This document shows, piece after piece, positions 48,344 through 59,742 of a stretch of DNA of 64,000 bases. Where the stretch lies: contig JBBCGN010000004.1 in NCBI GenBank assembly GCA_037200905.1, forward strand, positions 4,038 to 68,037, in the 5' to 3' direction. Every line of letters starts with the position of its first letter. The stretch's first letter is position 1. The notes beneath the pieces were generated by a model, which worked only from the letters and a program-made list of their open reading frames with translations, made no database searches and was not told where the DNA came from. Source of the stretch: a bacterium. GTDB taxonomy: Bacteria > Patescibacteriota > Minisyncoccia > Phycocordibacterales > UBA9973. Both the position numbers and the translations under genes were made by a program.

Positions 48344-48367
48344 CCCTTGCGCAAGCAGGGGTTTTTG
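48344..48367 (+). terminator. Rho-independent terminator
   Basis: CCCTTGC-gcaa-GCAGGGG followed by TTTTT. Confidence 0.75.
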
Positions 48368-48445
48368 TTTGCCTAAAAGCCTTTATTTTGATATATTCTC
48401 TAGGCAAAGGCTTTGCAGCCTGGCTTTTGACTTAGTCGCTTTTTT

Positions 48446-48501
48446 GAGTGTGTAGTTCCCTCGGCCGTAGCCTAATGGGCGAGGCAGTGGTAGAACGCTG
48501 T
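48446..48501 (+). pseudogene. Duplicated 5' fragment of tRNA-Ile carrying a 27-nt insertion
   Basis: GAGTGTGTAGTTC + 27 nt (CCTCGGCCGTAGCCTAATGGGCGAGGC) + AGTGGTAGAACGCTGT reproduces the first 29 nt of the tRNA that starts 9 nt downstream. Confidence 0.6.
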
Positions 48502-48509
48502 TAGAAAAT

Positions 48510-48581
48510 GAGTGTGTAGTTCAGTGGTAGAACGCTGTCCTGATAAGACAGAGGTCGATGGTCCGATTCCATCCACACTCA
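48510..48581 (+). tRNA. tRNA-Ile (anticodon GAT)
   Basis: Acceptor GAGTGTG/CACACTC, D-arm GTTC..GAAC, anticodon arm CTGTC-CTGATAA-GACAG, T-arm GATGG-TCCGATT-CCATC. CCA is not encoded. Confidence 0.85.
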
Positions 48582-48584
48582 CCC

Positions 48585-48836
48585 ATGGATAGTCAAGAAA
48601 ATAAGGCGAAGAACGGCAAGATGGACTGGACTCCGATGATTCTTTTTTACGCCAAGACGACTTCCTGGATAGTATTGCCGCTCGTCATCGCAATTCTGCT
48701 CGGCAAAAAAGTGGCTCCCGCGTATTATTTCCTGTTCGTCATCGCCGGCTTCGGCGTGACCTGCTACGGCATCTATAAGGAGATCAAGGCGTACAAGAAA
48801 CAATTGGACAAAGAAGATACAAAAAATGGAAAATAA
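48585..48836 (+). CDS. Small two-TM protein heading the atp operon (AtpI/AtpZ-like position)
   Basis: Track start 48558 lies inside the tRNA, so MDSQENKAKNGK (48585) is used. Two TM helices. The call rests on operon position only. Confidence 0.4.
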   Translation: MDSQENKAKNGKMDWTPMILFYAKTTSWIVLPLVIAILLGKKVAPAYYFLFVIAGFGVTCYGIYKEIKAYKKQLDKEDTKNGK

Positions 48837-49744
48837 TGAAATCCACAATACGAATACCGAGGTGTCACATGAAGTGACCATCTACGCCGAGCCGATCTTC
48901 CATATCGGCACGTTCGAAGTCACGAACTCGCTCATCACCTCATGGTTCGCAGTGCTCGTCATCTTCGCGCTCGCCCTCGCGGTGCGCCTGAAGATGAAAA
49001 AGATCCCGGGCAAGGGCCAGCATGTCTTCGAGGTCATTCTTGAAGGTGCCCCTGTCGCTCCTCGACCAGGTCACGAACAATCGCAAGATCACCAACAAAA
49101 TCTTCCCGGTCATCTTCACGCTTTTCTTTTTCATACTGGTCAATAACTGGCTCGGCCTCCTGCCGTTCGTCTCGGCCATCGGCTTCACCTCGTTCGAGGG
49201 CGGCCATGCGGCCTTCGTGCCGCTTTTCCGCGCCGGCACGGCGGACATCAATACCACGCTCGCCCTGGCGCTCCTGGCTGTCGTAGGCTCAAATGCCTTC
49301 GGCGTCATCATCCTGGGAATCTGGAAAACGTTCAATAAATATGTTAATCTGAAGGCGTTAGGGTCAATCGTTACCAAGGTGCGCAAAGACCCTAGCGTGC
49401 TGATCGTAGCGCCTATTACGGTCTTTGTCGGGCTTCTCGAGCTGATCGGAGAATTCGCCAAAATCGCTTCGCTTTCGTTCCGACTTTTCGGAAACGTGTT
49501 CGCGGGGGAAGTGCTGCTCGCTTCGATGGCGGCTATTTTCGTTTACATCCTGCCCGGACCGTTCCTTTTCCTCGAAGTCTTCATCGGACTCATCCAAGCG
49601 CTCATCTTCTCCTTGCTCGCGGCGGTATACTTTACCATCGCGTCGCAGGATCATGAGAGGTCGCAGGATCATGAGAGCCATGATGAGCACGAACACCAAG
49701 AGCACATCGAGGAAGAAGAAATAGCCGAAGTGGCGCGTGCATAA
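48826..49744 (+). CDS. atpB: F-type ATP synthase subunit a, one frameshift; His/acidic C-terminal tail
   Basis: Slip in a C-run near 49048. Also NWLGLLPF and SLSFRLFGNVFAGEVLL (conserved Arg). Confidence 0.85.
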
Positions 49745-49842
49745 ACACCGCCAGAGGCGAATAAAATTATCAGAATTATAAGTTAGTCGAAAAATTATTA
49801 GTTTAGGAAGAGCGTCGCGCCGAAAGGACTTACGCGACGTGA

Positions 49843-50097
<255 letters not shown>

Positions 50098-50116
50098 TAA
50101 TCGCACGGATTAACGT

Positions 50117-50596
50117 ATGGATGAATTCATCTCGACATTTCACATAGATTGGAAGCTCATGCTCGCGCAGGCCGTAAACTTCGGCCTGGTCTTCGTGGCG
50201 CTCTATCTGATAGCGGCAAAGCCGCTCAGGAAGCTCATACAGGACCGCGGGCAGGAGATCACTACCGGCCTCGAGAATGCCAAGCAAAACGCCGAGATGC
50301 TCGCCAATACCAAGAAAGAATACGATGCCGCGCTCCAGAAAGCCGTGCGGAAGCGAACACTATCTACGAAGCCGGCAAAAAAGATGCCGAGGAGAACAAG
50401 CAGAGTATGATCGAAAAGACCAAGGCCGAAGTGGCAGCCATGATCGAGTCCGGCAAGAAAGCTTGGAAGCGGAAAAGACCAAGATGGTAGACGATGCAAA
50501 GAAAGAAATCATCTCGCTCGTCATCGCTTCGACGAAAAGATAGCCGGCGGCAAAGTAGACGAGCAGGCAGTCAAAAAAGAGCTCGGTACACTATAA
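50117..50596 (+). CDS. atpF: F-type ATP synthase subunit b, about three frameshifts
   Basis: N-terminal TM LMLAQAVNFGLVFVALYLI, then a charged helix. The read spans the frames of 50117, 50149, 50277 and back (slips near 50350, 50465, 50538). Confidence 0.7.
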
Positions 50597-50598
50597 TC

Positions 50599-50997
50599 AT
50601 GACTAATACCGAAGTAGCACAAGCCATTTATTTGGCGACAAAGGACAAAAAGGGAGCAGAGCTCGAGAGCGCGCTCGAGAGCGCTACCAAGTTTCTGTCC
50701 CGCAAGCGACTACTCTCCAAAACTTCTGAAATATTGAACACTTTGGAGGAAATCGTAAATAAAGCTGAAGGCAGGATAGCAGTAAATTTGAAAAGCGCCC
50801 AGAAACTGAAAGAGGAGACGAAGAAAGAAATAGCACAGATGCTGAAGAAGCATTACGACGCCAAAGAGTTTGCTTTTGTCGAGACGATCGAACCGAAAGT
50901 CCTTGGCGGCGTGCGCATCGAAGTAGGGAACGACGTCATCGACCTGTCGGTGAAGAACAAGATCGGCCAATTAAAAAATTATTTACAAAGAGTCTAA
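50599..50997 (+). CDS. atpH: F-type ATP synthase subunit delta (short, 132 aa)
   Basis: Position between b and alpha. C-terminal [24 protein letters not shown] pattern. Confidence 0.7.
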   Translation: MTNTEVAQAIYLATKDKKGAELESALESATKFLSRKRLLSKTSEILNTLEEIVNKAEGRIAVNLKSAQKLKEETKKEIAQMLKKHYDAKEFAFVETIEPKVLGGVRIEVGNDVIDLSVKNKIGQLKNYLQRV

Positions 50998-51007
50998 TTA
51001 TAAACAT

Positions 51008-52509
51008 ATGAGCACGAACAATATCGTAGAAAATTTAAGAAAGGAGATAGAGAATTTCAAGCTGGAAACCCAAGTCGAGAAAGTGGGCAAAGTGCTCGAA
51101 GTTTTCGACGGTATTGCGAAAGTGTCAGGGCTCTCTGACATCAAATCATCCGAGATGGTCACATTCGCGGGAGGCGAGACGGGCGTGGCCCTCAACCTCG
51201 AAGAAGACGCGGTAGGTGTCATCATCCTGGGCGATTTCTCTCATATCAAGGAAGGCGACGAGGTGAAAGCGATCGGCAGAATCCTCGAGATTCCTGTTTC
51301 CGACGCCATCGTCGGCCGCGTGGTAAATGCGAACGGCATAGCCATCGACGGAAAGGGCACTATCAAGGCCGACAAGACCTACCCGATCGAGAAAGTGGCT
51401 CCGGGCGTCATCACCCGCCAATCCGTCGATCAGCCGGTCTACACCGGCATCAAGGCTATCGACGCCATCATCCCGGTCGGCCGCGGCCAGCGCGAGCTCA
51501 TCATCGGCGACCGCCAAACTGGTAAGACCGCTATCGCCATCGACGCCATTTTGAACCAGAAAGGCCAGAACATGATCTGCGTCTACGTATCTATCGGTCA
51601 AAAAGATTCAAAGCTCCGCAAAATCCAGACCCGTCTCGAAGAAGGCGGCGCTATGGAGTACACCGTCATCGTCTCCGCCGGCGCATCGGAAGCGGCAGCG
51701 CTCTCATATATCGCTCCGTACACTGGGGTCTCCATTGCTGAATATTTCATGGATCAGGGCAAAGATGTTTTGATAATCTACGATGATCTTTCCAAGCACG
51801 CCGTGGCATACCGAGAAATCTCGCTCTTGCTCCGCCGTCCGCCGGGCCGCGAGGCATTCCCGGGAGATGTCTTCTACTTGCATTCTCGCTTGCTCGAGCG
51901 CGCATGCCGTCGAAACAAAGAATACGGTGGTGGTTCTATCACAGCATTTCCAATTATCGAAACTCAGGCAGGTGACATCTCTGCATATATTCCGACGAAC
52001 GTCATCTCTATTACCGACGGACAGATTTCTTGGAGACTGATCTTTTCTATAAAGGCATCCGTCCGGCTGTGAACGTGGGCTCATCCGTGTCTCGCGTGGG
52101 CTCTTCCGCGCAGATCAAGGCCATGAAGAAAGTGGCAGGAACTTTGAAGCTCGACCTCGCTCAATTCCGCGAGCTCGAAGCCTTCTCGCAGTTCGGTTCC
52201 GATCTCGACGAAGCTACCAAGCGCCAGCTCGAACGCGGCAAGCGCTCCGTAGAGCTCTTAAAACAGCTCCAATACGCTCCGGTAAAAGCAGAGCACCAGA
52301 TCGTCACTATGTACGCTCTCGTAAAAGGCTTTATGGATGATGTTGCTATTGAACGCATCAAAGAATTCGAAAGCGGTTGGGTAGAATACAGTGAAAGAAA
52401 TGCTAAGACTTTCTACAAAGAAGTGGCTGAATCGAAAATGTGGACAGAAAAAGGGGAAGCTGAGCTTGTGAAAGCACTTAATGATTTCAAAGCATCATTT
52501 GCAAAATAA
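51008..52509 (+). CDS. atpA: F-type ATP synthase subunit alpha, one frameshift
   Basis: Walker A GDRQTGKT, then ITDGQI|[25 protein letters not shown] across a slip near 52035. Confidence 0.9.
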
Positions 52510-52515
52510 AATTTT

Positions 52516-53429
52516 ATGGCAGGAACAAAAGAAATTAAAAGAAGAATAAAGAGCGTCAAGAACACGAAGAAAATCACGAAAGCGATGGAACTCGTGGCTG
52601 CTTCAAAGATGAAGCGTGCTGTTTCTTCGACTCTGGCTTCACGCTTATACGCTGAATACTCTTGGGAGGTTTTAACTTCTATTGCAAATTCTGCTGAAGA
52701 AATCACTCATCCGCTTTTTGTGCAGAAAAATGGAGATGTTAAGAACAAAAATGTCTTGCTTGTATTAATTACTTCAAATCGAGGACTCTGCGGTGCATAT
52801 AATGCGCAAGTGGTAAAGAAAACTATTTCTTTGCTCAAAGAAAACGAGAATTTAGATTTGATTACTATTGGTAAGAAAGGTGATGCAACTATGCGCAGAT
52901 TGAATAGAAACATCTTGGCAAGTTTCTAGAACTTCCAGACAACATAAATCTTGCGAATGTTCTGCCTATTTCAAAACTAGCTATCGATGAATACATTGCT
53001 GGACGCTATGACCAAGTCCTCGTCGCATATACAGACTTTATTTCTGCCCTAACACAAAAACCAAATATCAAACAAATCTTGCCAGTGTCTAAATCAGATC
53101 TGAAAGATTTGATTGAAGAATTAAAGATCCCGACCGAAGGTCGAGAATCCACGACAGCTAAAGCTGTCGGGACAAATTATGTTTTCGAAGGAGATATCGC
53201 GACATTGATAGGTAGTTTGGCAGAAAAATTAGTCCGCATGCAGATATATCAGATGTTGCTCGAATCAAATGCCTCTGAGCAATCGAGTAGAATGGTAGCC
53301 ATGAAGAACGCATCTGAAGCTTCCGGAGAAATGATAGATGACCTGACGCTGGTATTCAACAAAGCCCGACAAGCCAACATTACCAGAGAAATATCAGAGA
53401 TTAGTGCCGGTATGGCAAGTGTAAGTTAA
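52516..53429 (+). CDS. atpG: F-type ATP synthase subunit gamma, one frameshift
   Basis: KEIKRRIKSVKNTKKITKAMELVAASKMKRA and C-terminal ARQANITREISEISAG. Slip near 52925. Confidence 0.85.
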
Positions 53430-53435
53430 AGATTT

Positions 53436-54139
53436 ATGTTTAATCCCGATCAAGCACCAAAAATTAATACTAACATTCAGGAATATAACACAAAGCGTAC
53501 GGAAGAACTTCGTAAACACATTTTGGATACGTATGTAAAACCAGAGGAGTATTATAAAAAAGGAGAGGAAGCAAGAAGGATAAGTGCAAAAGGATTTGGC
53601 CGAGGAGTTTATTTAAAAGGAGAATTGATTGGCTATAACCCGCAGCAAAAGCCCATGACGCATTGCTTAATCTGAGTGATAGCACTCGAGAAAAAGTAAT
53701 GGCACATGGAATAGCTAGTAATATTCCTCTTGACTTAACAGAAGAGCAAAAGAAAAAGTTTCCTCTTTTTGCCTTATTGCAAATAATGGCAACGGGAGAA
53801 GTTAAAGGTGATTGGGGGACATTAAAGGTGGCAGACGATTCTCCAGGGGGACGTGTTTTTGATACTGCACCTTTTATCTTACTTTCAAATAAAGGAGAAC
53901 CTCTCGCAGAGAATAATAAGGAAGGAATTAGCATGCTGAAAAATTTAAGAACAGTCTTAGTAAATGGGCAATATGAAAGCATGGTTGATGATTTAAGAAA
54001 AAGATTTCCGGGAGTTAGTTTTAGAACAACTGAAGAAATAGATGATACTGTGTTTGAAAAGAAAAGTGAGCCATTTAAATCATTTGAAGATCAGATTCAG
54101 GAAAAAATTAAGGAAGAATTAAAAAGAAAAAAATATTAA
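53436..54139 (+). CDS. Unassigned protein (about 234 aa) encoded between atpG and atpD, one frameshift
   Basis: Starts 6 nt after the atpG stop and ends 18 nt before the atpD ATG, same strand. Frames join near 53650. Lys/Glu-rich; no family recognised. Confidence 0.5.
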
Positions 54140-54142
54140 TAA

Positions 54143-55508
<1,366 letters not shown>

Positions 55509-55513
55509 TTAAA

Positions 55514-55539
55514 AAAGGTTTGTAAAAATACAAACCTTT
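55514..55539. terminator. Hairpin in the atpD-atpC spacer, U-tract on the minus strand
   Basis: AAAGGTTTGTA-aaaa-TACAAACCTTT (11 bp). The plus strand continues GAGG; the minus strand continues TTTTTAATT. Confidence 0.6.
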
Positions 55540-55553
55540 GAGGTAGAGTGGAG

Positions 55554-55658
55554 TTAGCGCTGAAAATTATCTTTATTGAGTATAAAGCCACCGAATAAAG
55601 ACATCATAGCACCTATTAATGTATCATCAGATCTTTCCGGACTTCCTAGAAAAACCAT
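55554..55658 (-). CDS. Candidate hydrophobic micro-protein (34 aa; 40 aa from GTG 55676)
   Basis: GGGAGG lies 10 nt upstream of ATG 55658. Encodes MVFLGSPERSDDTLIGAMMSLFGGFILNKDNFQR*. Followed by the hairpin above. Confidence 0.3.
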   Translation of the reverse strand: MVFLGSPERSDDTLIGAMMSLFGGFILNKDNFQR

Positions 55659-55751
55659 AATGAGGATTCCTCCCACAATACAAACGATAGAAAGAAAAAG
55701 TTTCTAAATTCAAATTGAATATTTTTCTAAAGAATATCTTAACCATTCAAA

Positions 55752-56228
55752 ATGTCAACTAAAAAAATACAACTGAAAATAGTCACACCAGAACGATTAG
55801 TTCTCGAAGAACTTGTTGATCAAGTCACGTTGCCGACAACTGAAGGTGAGATTACGATTCTACCTGAACACATTCCGCTTGTCGCTGGACTCAAGTCTGG
55901 TGATATTGTGGCGATGACCAATGGCGAATACGTACCGATGGCAGTCGCTGGTGGATTCATCGAAGTGAAGCAAGATGAAAACAAAGACACTGTAGTAGCC
56001 ATACTTGCTGATTATGCTGAGCATGTCACTGAGATTTCTGATGAAGCTATCGCTAAAGCAAAAACTCGCAGTGAAGAATTGAAACAACAAATGCAGAACA
56101 AGGAAACTGTTGACTTCGAGCATTTCGAGAGCGAACTGGAGAAGTCTTTGACCCGTATCAAGATCGCCGATAAATGGCGTTCACGAAAATATCGAAATAA
56201 CTGTAGAATAATTTTAGTGCTACAATAA
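55752..56228 (+). CDS. atpC: F-type ATP synthase subunit epsilon (158 aa)
   Basis: LKIVTPERLVLEELVDQVTLPTTEGEITILPEHIPLVAGLKSG. Confidence 0.85.
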   Translation: MSTKKIQLKIVTPERLVLEELVDQVTLPTTEGEITILPEHIPLVAGLKSGDIVAMTNGEYVPMAVAGGFIEVKQDENKDTVVAILADYAEHVTEISDEAIAKAKTRSEELKQQMQNKETVDFEHFESELEKSLTRIKIADKWRSRKYRNNCRIILVLQ

Positions 56229-56232
56229 TCTC

Positions 56233-56704
56233 ATGAAAGAAATCAACACAAAGCTCGAAAACTGCGATTATAAGGCGATCATGTGGGCTCGAAGGATTTT
56301 GCCGGGCTTCGCCCGTTTCGCCATATTCCTGGTCTATTTCTGGTTCGGCATCCTGAAAGTAATCGGTCTCTCCCCGGCGAGCCCGCTCGTCGCCGCCCTG
56401 CTCGCCAAGACCATGCCGTTCATCTCTCCCGACGCGTTCGTGGTGGCCTTCGGCGCCATCGAGGTGGTCATCGGCCTCTTGTTCGTTATCCCCAAGCTCG
56501 AGCGTCTGGCCATATTCGCCCTCATCCTCCACCTGATTACCACCATCCCTGCCGCTCTTCTTCCTGCCGCACCTGGCCTGGACCGGCTTCATGGTGCCGA
56601 CGCTCGAGGGCCAGTACATCATAAAGAACGTCCTCCTCATGACCGCGGGCATCGCCGTGCTCGCAAGTCTCATTCCTTTGCAAAAGACTAAAGCAAATGT
56701 CTAA
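56233..56704 (+). CDS. DoxX/DUF417-like membrane protein, one frameshift
   Basis: FAIFLVYFWFGILKVIGLSPASPLV. Slip near 56545 restores ...LPLFFLPHLAWTGFMVPTLEGQYIIKNVLLMTAGIAVL...*. Confidence 0.45.
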
Positions 56705-57369
56705 ATTTTATATAGTAGCAACACCGATCGGCAATATGGGAGACATCACTCTGCGGGCTCTTGAAACGCTTAAAGAAGTTGATTTGATATTATGCGAAGA
56801 TACTCGCGAAACGGGCAAGATACTGGCAAAGTTCGGCATCAAAAAACCAACGATGTCATATCATGCACAAAGCAAGCTGTCGAAGACTGACAAAATATTT
56901 GAATTATTAGAAGAAGGGAAGAATCTCGCGCTCGTGTCGGATGCCGGCACACCAGGCATTTCTGATCCGGGCGCTTTGCTCGTGTCAAAGATAAAAGCAC
57001 ATCTCAGCCATGGCGTAGATGTTATTCCTATCCCTGGCCCAAGCGCAGTCATCGCCGCCCTTTCCGCTTCGGGCTTTCCACGCATGAATTCACTTTTCTC
57101 GGCTTCCTGCCGCACAAGAAGGGCAGGAGACGCTCTTCAAAGAGATCGCCGCATCAGAGCGCACGATGGTGTTCTACGAATCTCCGCACCGCATATTGAA
57201 GACGCTCGAATCGCTGTCGAAATTCTGTCCGGACAAACGTGTCTGCCTGGCTCGCGAACTGACAAAAATATACGAGGAATTCAAGACCGGCTCCGCTGCC
57301 GAGCTTTCAGCGTATCTCACAGAAAATCCTGTAAAACAAAAAGGCGAGTTTACTGTACTCGTCGCATAA
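56697..57369 (+). CDS. rsmI: 16S rRNA 2'-O-methyltransferase RsmI, one frameshift
   Basis: YIVATPIGNMGDITLRALETLKEVDLILCEDTR and VSDAGTPGISDPG. Slip near 57095. Then MVFYESPHRI. Confidence 0.85.
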
Positions 57370-57392
57370 AATTGTCTCCTGCCGCAAACAAA

Positions 57393-57436
57393 AATGTTAC
57401 CTTTTCACACGGCCGTGGAAATTGGTAACATTTTTC
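57393..57436. terminator. Bidirectional terminator between convergent genes
   Basis: AATGTTACC...GGTAACATT followed by TTTT. The loop holds a nested CACGGCCGTG palindrome. Confidence 0.6.
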
Positions 57437-57464
57437 AGTGTACAGTTTTGATTTTCCGTCTCTT

Positions 57465-59006
57465 TTACGCGTAACCGGGGAAGAAATCCGTCTTGATCTG
57501 CGAACGAGGAATGCCCATCTGCGAAAGAGTCTTTTTCAAGGCGTCTACCATTGATGGCGGGCCAGAGACGTAGTACGTGCGCTCGCGCCAGTCAGGCATG
57601 TATTTCTTCATCATGTCGGCGCTGACGAAGCCGCGCTCGCCCTGCCAGCTCTTGGACACATCCTTTCCGGCGAGGGCATAGATGATATTGATGCCGAGCT
57701 CGTTGTGAGCCTTGTCGAACACGTCCTTGTAAGCGATATCTTTTTCAGTATTGGCGGAATAGAACATGGTTATGCCTCTCTTTTCTTGTTTGGCGAGCAG
57801 GTATCCGATCATGCTGCGGAACGGCGTTACGCCGATGCCTCCGGCGATGAAGCAGAGCTTTTTCTTCGTATCATCAGGCATAGTGAAGTCTCCTGCGAGC
57901 TGTCCTGCCATGAGCGTATCGCCGACAGCCATCGACGTGAGCTTCTGCTTGAAGGTCGAAGGCTCCGGGTAGAATTTGATGCCGAAATAGATGTCTTCGT
58001 CGGTAGGCGCGGAGGCTATGGTGAAATAACGCCGATTGCCTCTCGTATCCGGCTTTTCATGAGCCAGCGTGAGCTCGAGATACTGTCCGGCCCGGAACGG
58101 CAGCTTCTTGTCGGAACTGAAGCCGAAGTCGAAGGTATTCTCGGCCACGTTCCGTTTCTCTTTCAAAGTCAGGAGCAATTTCTGTTTCGGGCTGACGATA
58201 TATGAAAAGACATTGCCCGCGAGGAGAGCCAGTTCCGGCGTGGAATACACCGAACCGATATGCACCATCGGGTCGAACAGGACTGCGGTAAAGACGCCGT
58301 AGACGGAGCGCAGGTCTTTGGTGGGCGGCGTGGTGAGCGGCTCGGTGAGCATGACGAAGGCGAAAAAGAGGAGCGGGGATGTCACGAGGGCATGCTCGAT
58401 GATGCCCGGAATCTCGGACAGGCTGCTGGCATGGGCGACGACGGTGAAGAGGAGCGATGCCGCGACGAACGACAGCACCAGGTCGAAGCGCCTGAGCTTG
58501 CGGACGACCAGCAGGCCGCCGACGAGCACGAAGGGCAGCATCCAGGCCGTGCCGACCCACCAAGTGGCCGACTGGCCGATGGTGAGGGCTGTCAGCGCGA
58601 CGGCGAACGCCGCAGGGTTGAAGATGTGCTTCTTGCCGATGGCAAAGATGTATTTCGAGGCCATGGCCCAGAGCGCGGCCCAGGCGATGAATATCAGGTA
58701 ATGCGCGTCGGCGAACGACGTCGGCGGCTTGACGATGAGGGCCAGGATGAAGGCGGTGATGTAAAGCGACTCGACATTGGTCTGCGCATTGAAGACTTTG
58801 GCGAAGAGCGCGTTCGCGAGGTCGCATACCAGCAAGGAGAGGCCGAGCGACGCCAGGAGCATGAGCGGATCGATCGCCAGGAGACCGAAGGCGCCGAGGA
58901 CGGCCGCGATGATGACGAGGGCCGTCAGGAAATACAGTACCAGGCGGTACATGGTGATCTTGTTCAGGAAATTGTCTATGGCTTTCAGCATATAATCATT
59001 TCGCAT
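57465..59006 (-). CDS. Fusion: RnfD/NqrB-like polytopic membrane domain plus FNR-type FAD/NAD(P)-binding reductase domain (513 aa)
   Basis: N-terminal part: HIFNPAAFAVAL and FVMLTEPLTTPPT (RnfD/NqrB pattern). C-terminal part: RRYFTIAS (RxYS-type FAD site), IAGGIGVTPF (NAD(P) site), YVSGPPSMV. Confidence 0.65.
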   Translation of the reverse strand: MRNDYMLKAIDNFLNKITMYRLVLYFLTALVIIAAVLGAFGLLAIDPLMLLASLGLSLLVCDLANALFAKVFNAQTNVESLYITAFILALIVKPPTSFADAHYLIFIAWAALWAMASKYIFAIGKKHIFNPAAFAVALTALTIGQSATWWVGTAWMLPFVLVGGLLVVRKLRRFDLVLSFVAASLLFTVVAHASSLSEIPGIIEHALVTSPLLFFAFVMLTEPLTTPPTKDLRSVYGVFTAVLFDPMVHIGSVYSTPELALLAGNVFSYIVSPKQKLLLTLKEKRNVAENTFDFGFSSDKKLPFRAGQYLELTLAHEKPDTRGNRRYFTIASAPTDEDIYFGIKFYPEPSTFKQKLTSMAVGDTLMAGQLAGDFTMPDDTKKKLCFIAGGIGVTPFRSMIGYLLAKQEKRGITMFYSANTEKDIAYKDVFDKAHNELGINIIYALAGKDVSKSWQGERGFVSADMMKKYMPDWRERTYYVSGPPSMVDALKKTLSQMGIPRSQIKTDFFPGYA

Positions 59007-59742
59007 ACCGCTCGAAGCCGCTGGTCATGGTGGCCATGCCCGTGCAGTCTATCATGTAACCTTCGAAGCCCGGCAGGCTCTCGATGAATACTATGCCGCT
59101 CTTGCCCATGGCGAATGCCGCTGTGGCAAAGCGGTCCGCTTCGTAGATGTCGGGGCCGATGACGGTCAGGCTGGAAACTTCTTCGAGCTTCTCTTCTTTC
59201 TCCTTCGGATTGTAGATATGATTGCCACGGAGATAATTGCCGGATGTGGCGATGCCGCCGTTCCCGATCTCCAGCACCTTCACGATTTCTCCCGTATTGA
59301 AAGGATTTTTAATGCCCACCGTCCAAGGCGCGCCGTGTTCCGCCGAGCCGGAAGTCTCGATGTCGCCGCCGGCATTGATATAGAAATTCCTGAAGCCCTC
59401 GGCGCGGAGCAGGCGGGCGGCGTTGCGGATGGCCCAGCCTTTCACCAGGCCCGAAGGGTCGTACTGGCCGTCGGGCTTTCGGATGTCGAAATAGTTTTCT
59501 GTTTGTAGTTTCGTCTTTTCCGCCAGCCGGAAAACTTCGCGCATATCGGCGCTCCAGTCCTGTTCTGGGAGTGCATGCCGATTTATTTTCGATATCTCGC
59601 TGTCGCTCTTGTACGTGCTGAATTTCTCGTCGACGTACCTGAAATACTCGAACACGGATCCGAGCGCCGCGCTGTCGGCATGCGCATCGGCTATCTCCAC
59701 TATGACGGGCATGCCCATGACGAGTTCGGTCCGTTTCATCAT
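58996..59742 (-). CDS. apbE: FAD:protein FMN transferase (ApbE family)
   Basis: MGMPVIVEI, YFDIRKPDGQYDPSGLVKGWA, GGIATSGNY, ADRFATAAFAMG. Confidence 0.8.
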   Translation of the reverse strand: MMKRTELVMGMPVIVEIADAHADSAALGSVFEYFRYVDEKFSTYKSDSEISKINRHALPEQDWSADMREVFRLAEKTKLQTENYFDIRKPDGQYDPSGLVKGWAIRNAARLLRAEGFRNFYINAGGDIETSGSAEHGAPWTVGIKNPFNTGEIVKVLEIGNGGIATSGNYLRGNHIYNPKEKEEKLEEVSSLTVIGPDIYEADRFATAAFAMGKSGIVFIESLPGFEGYMIDCTGMATMTSGFERYAK

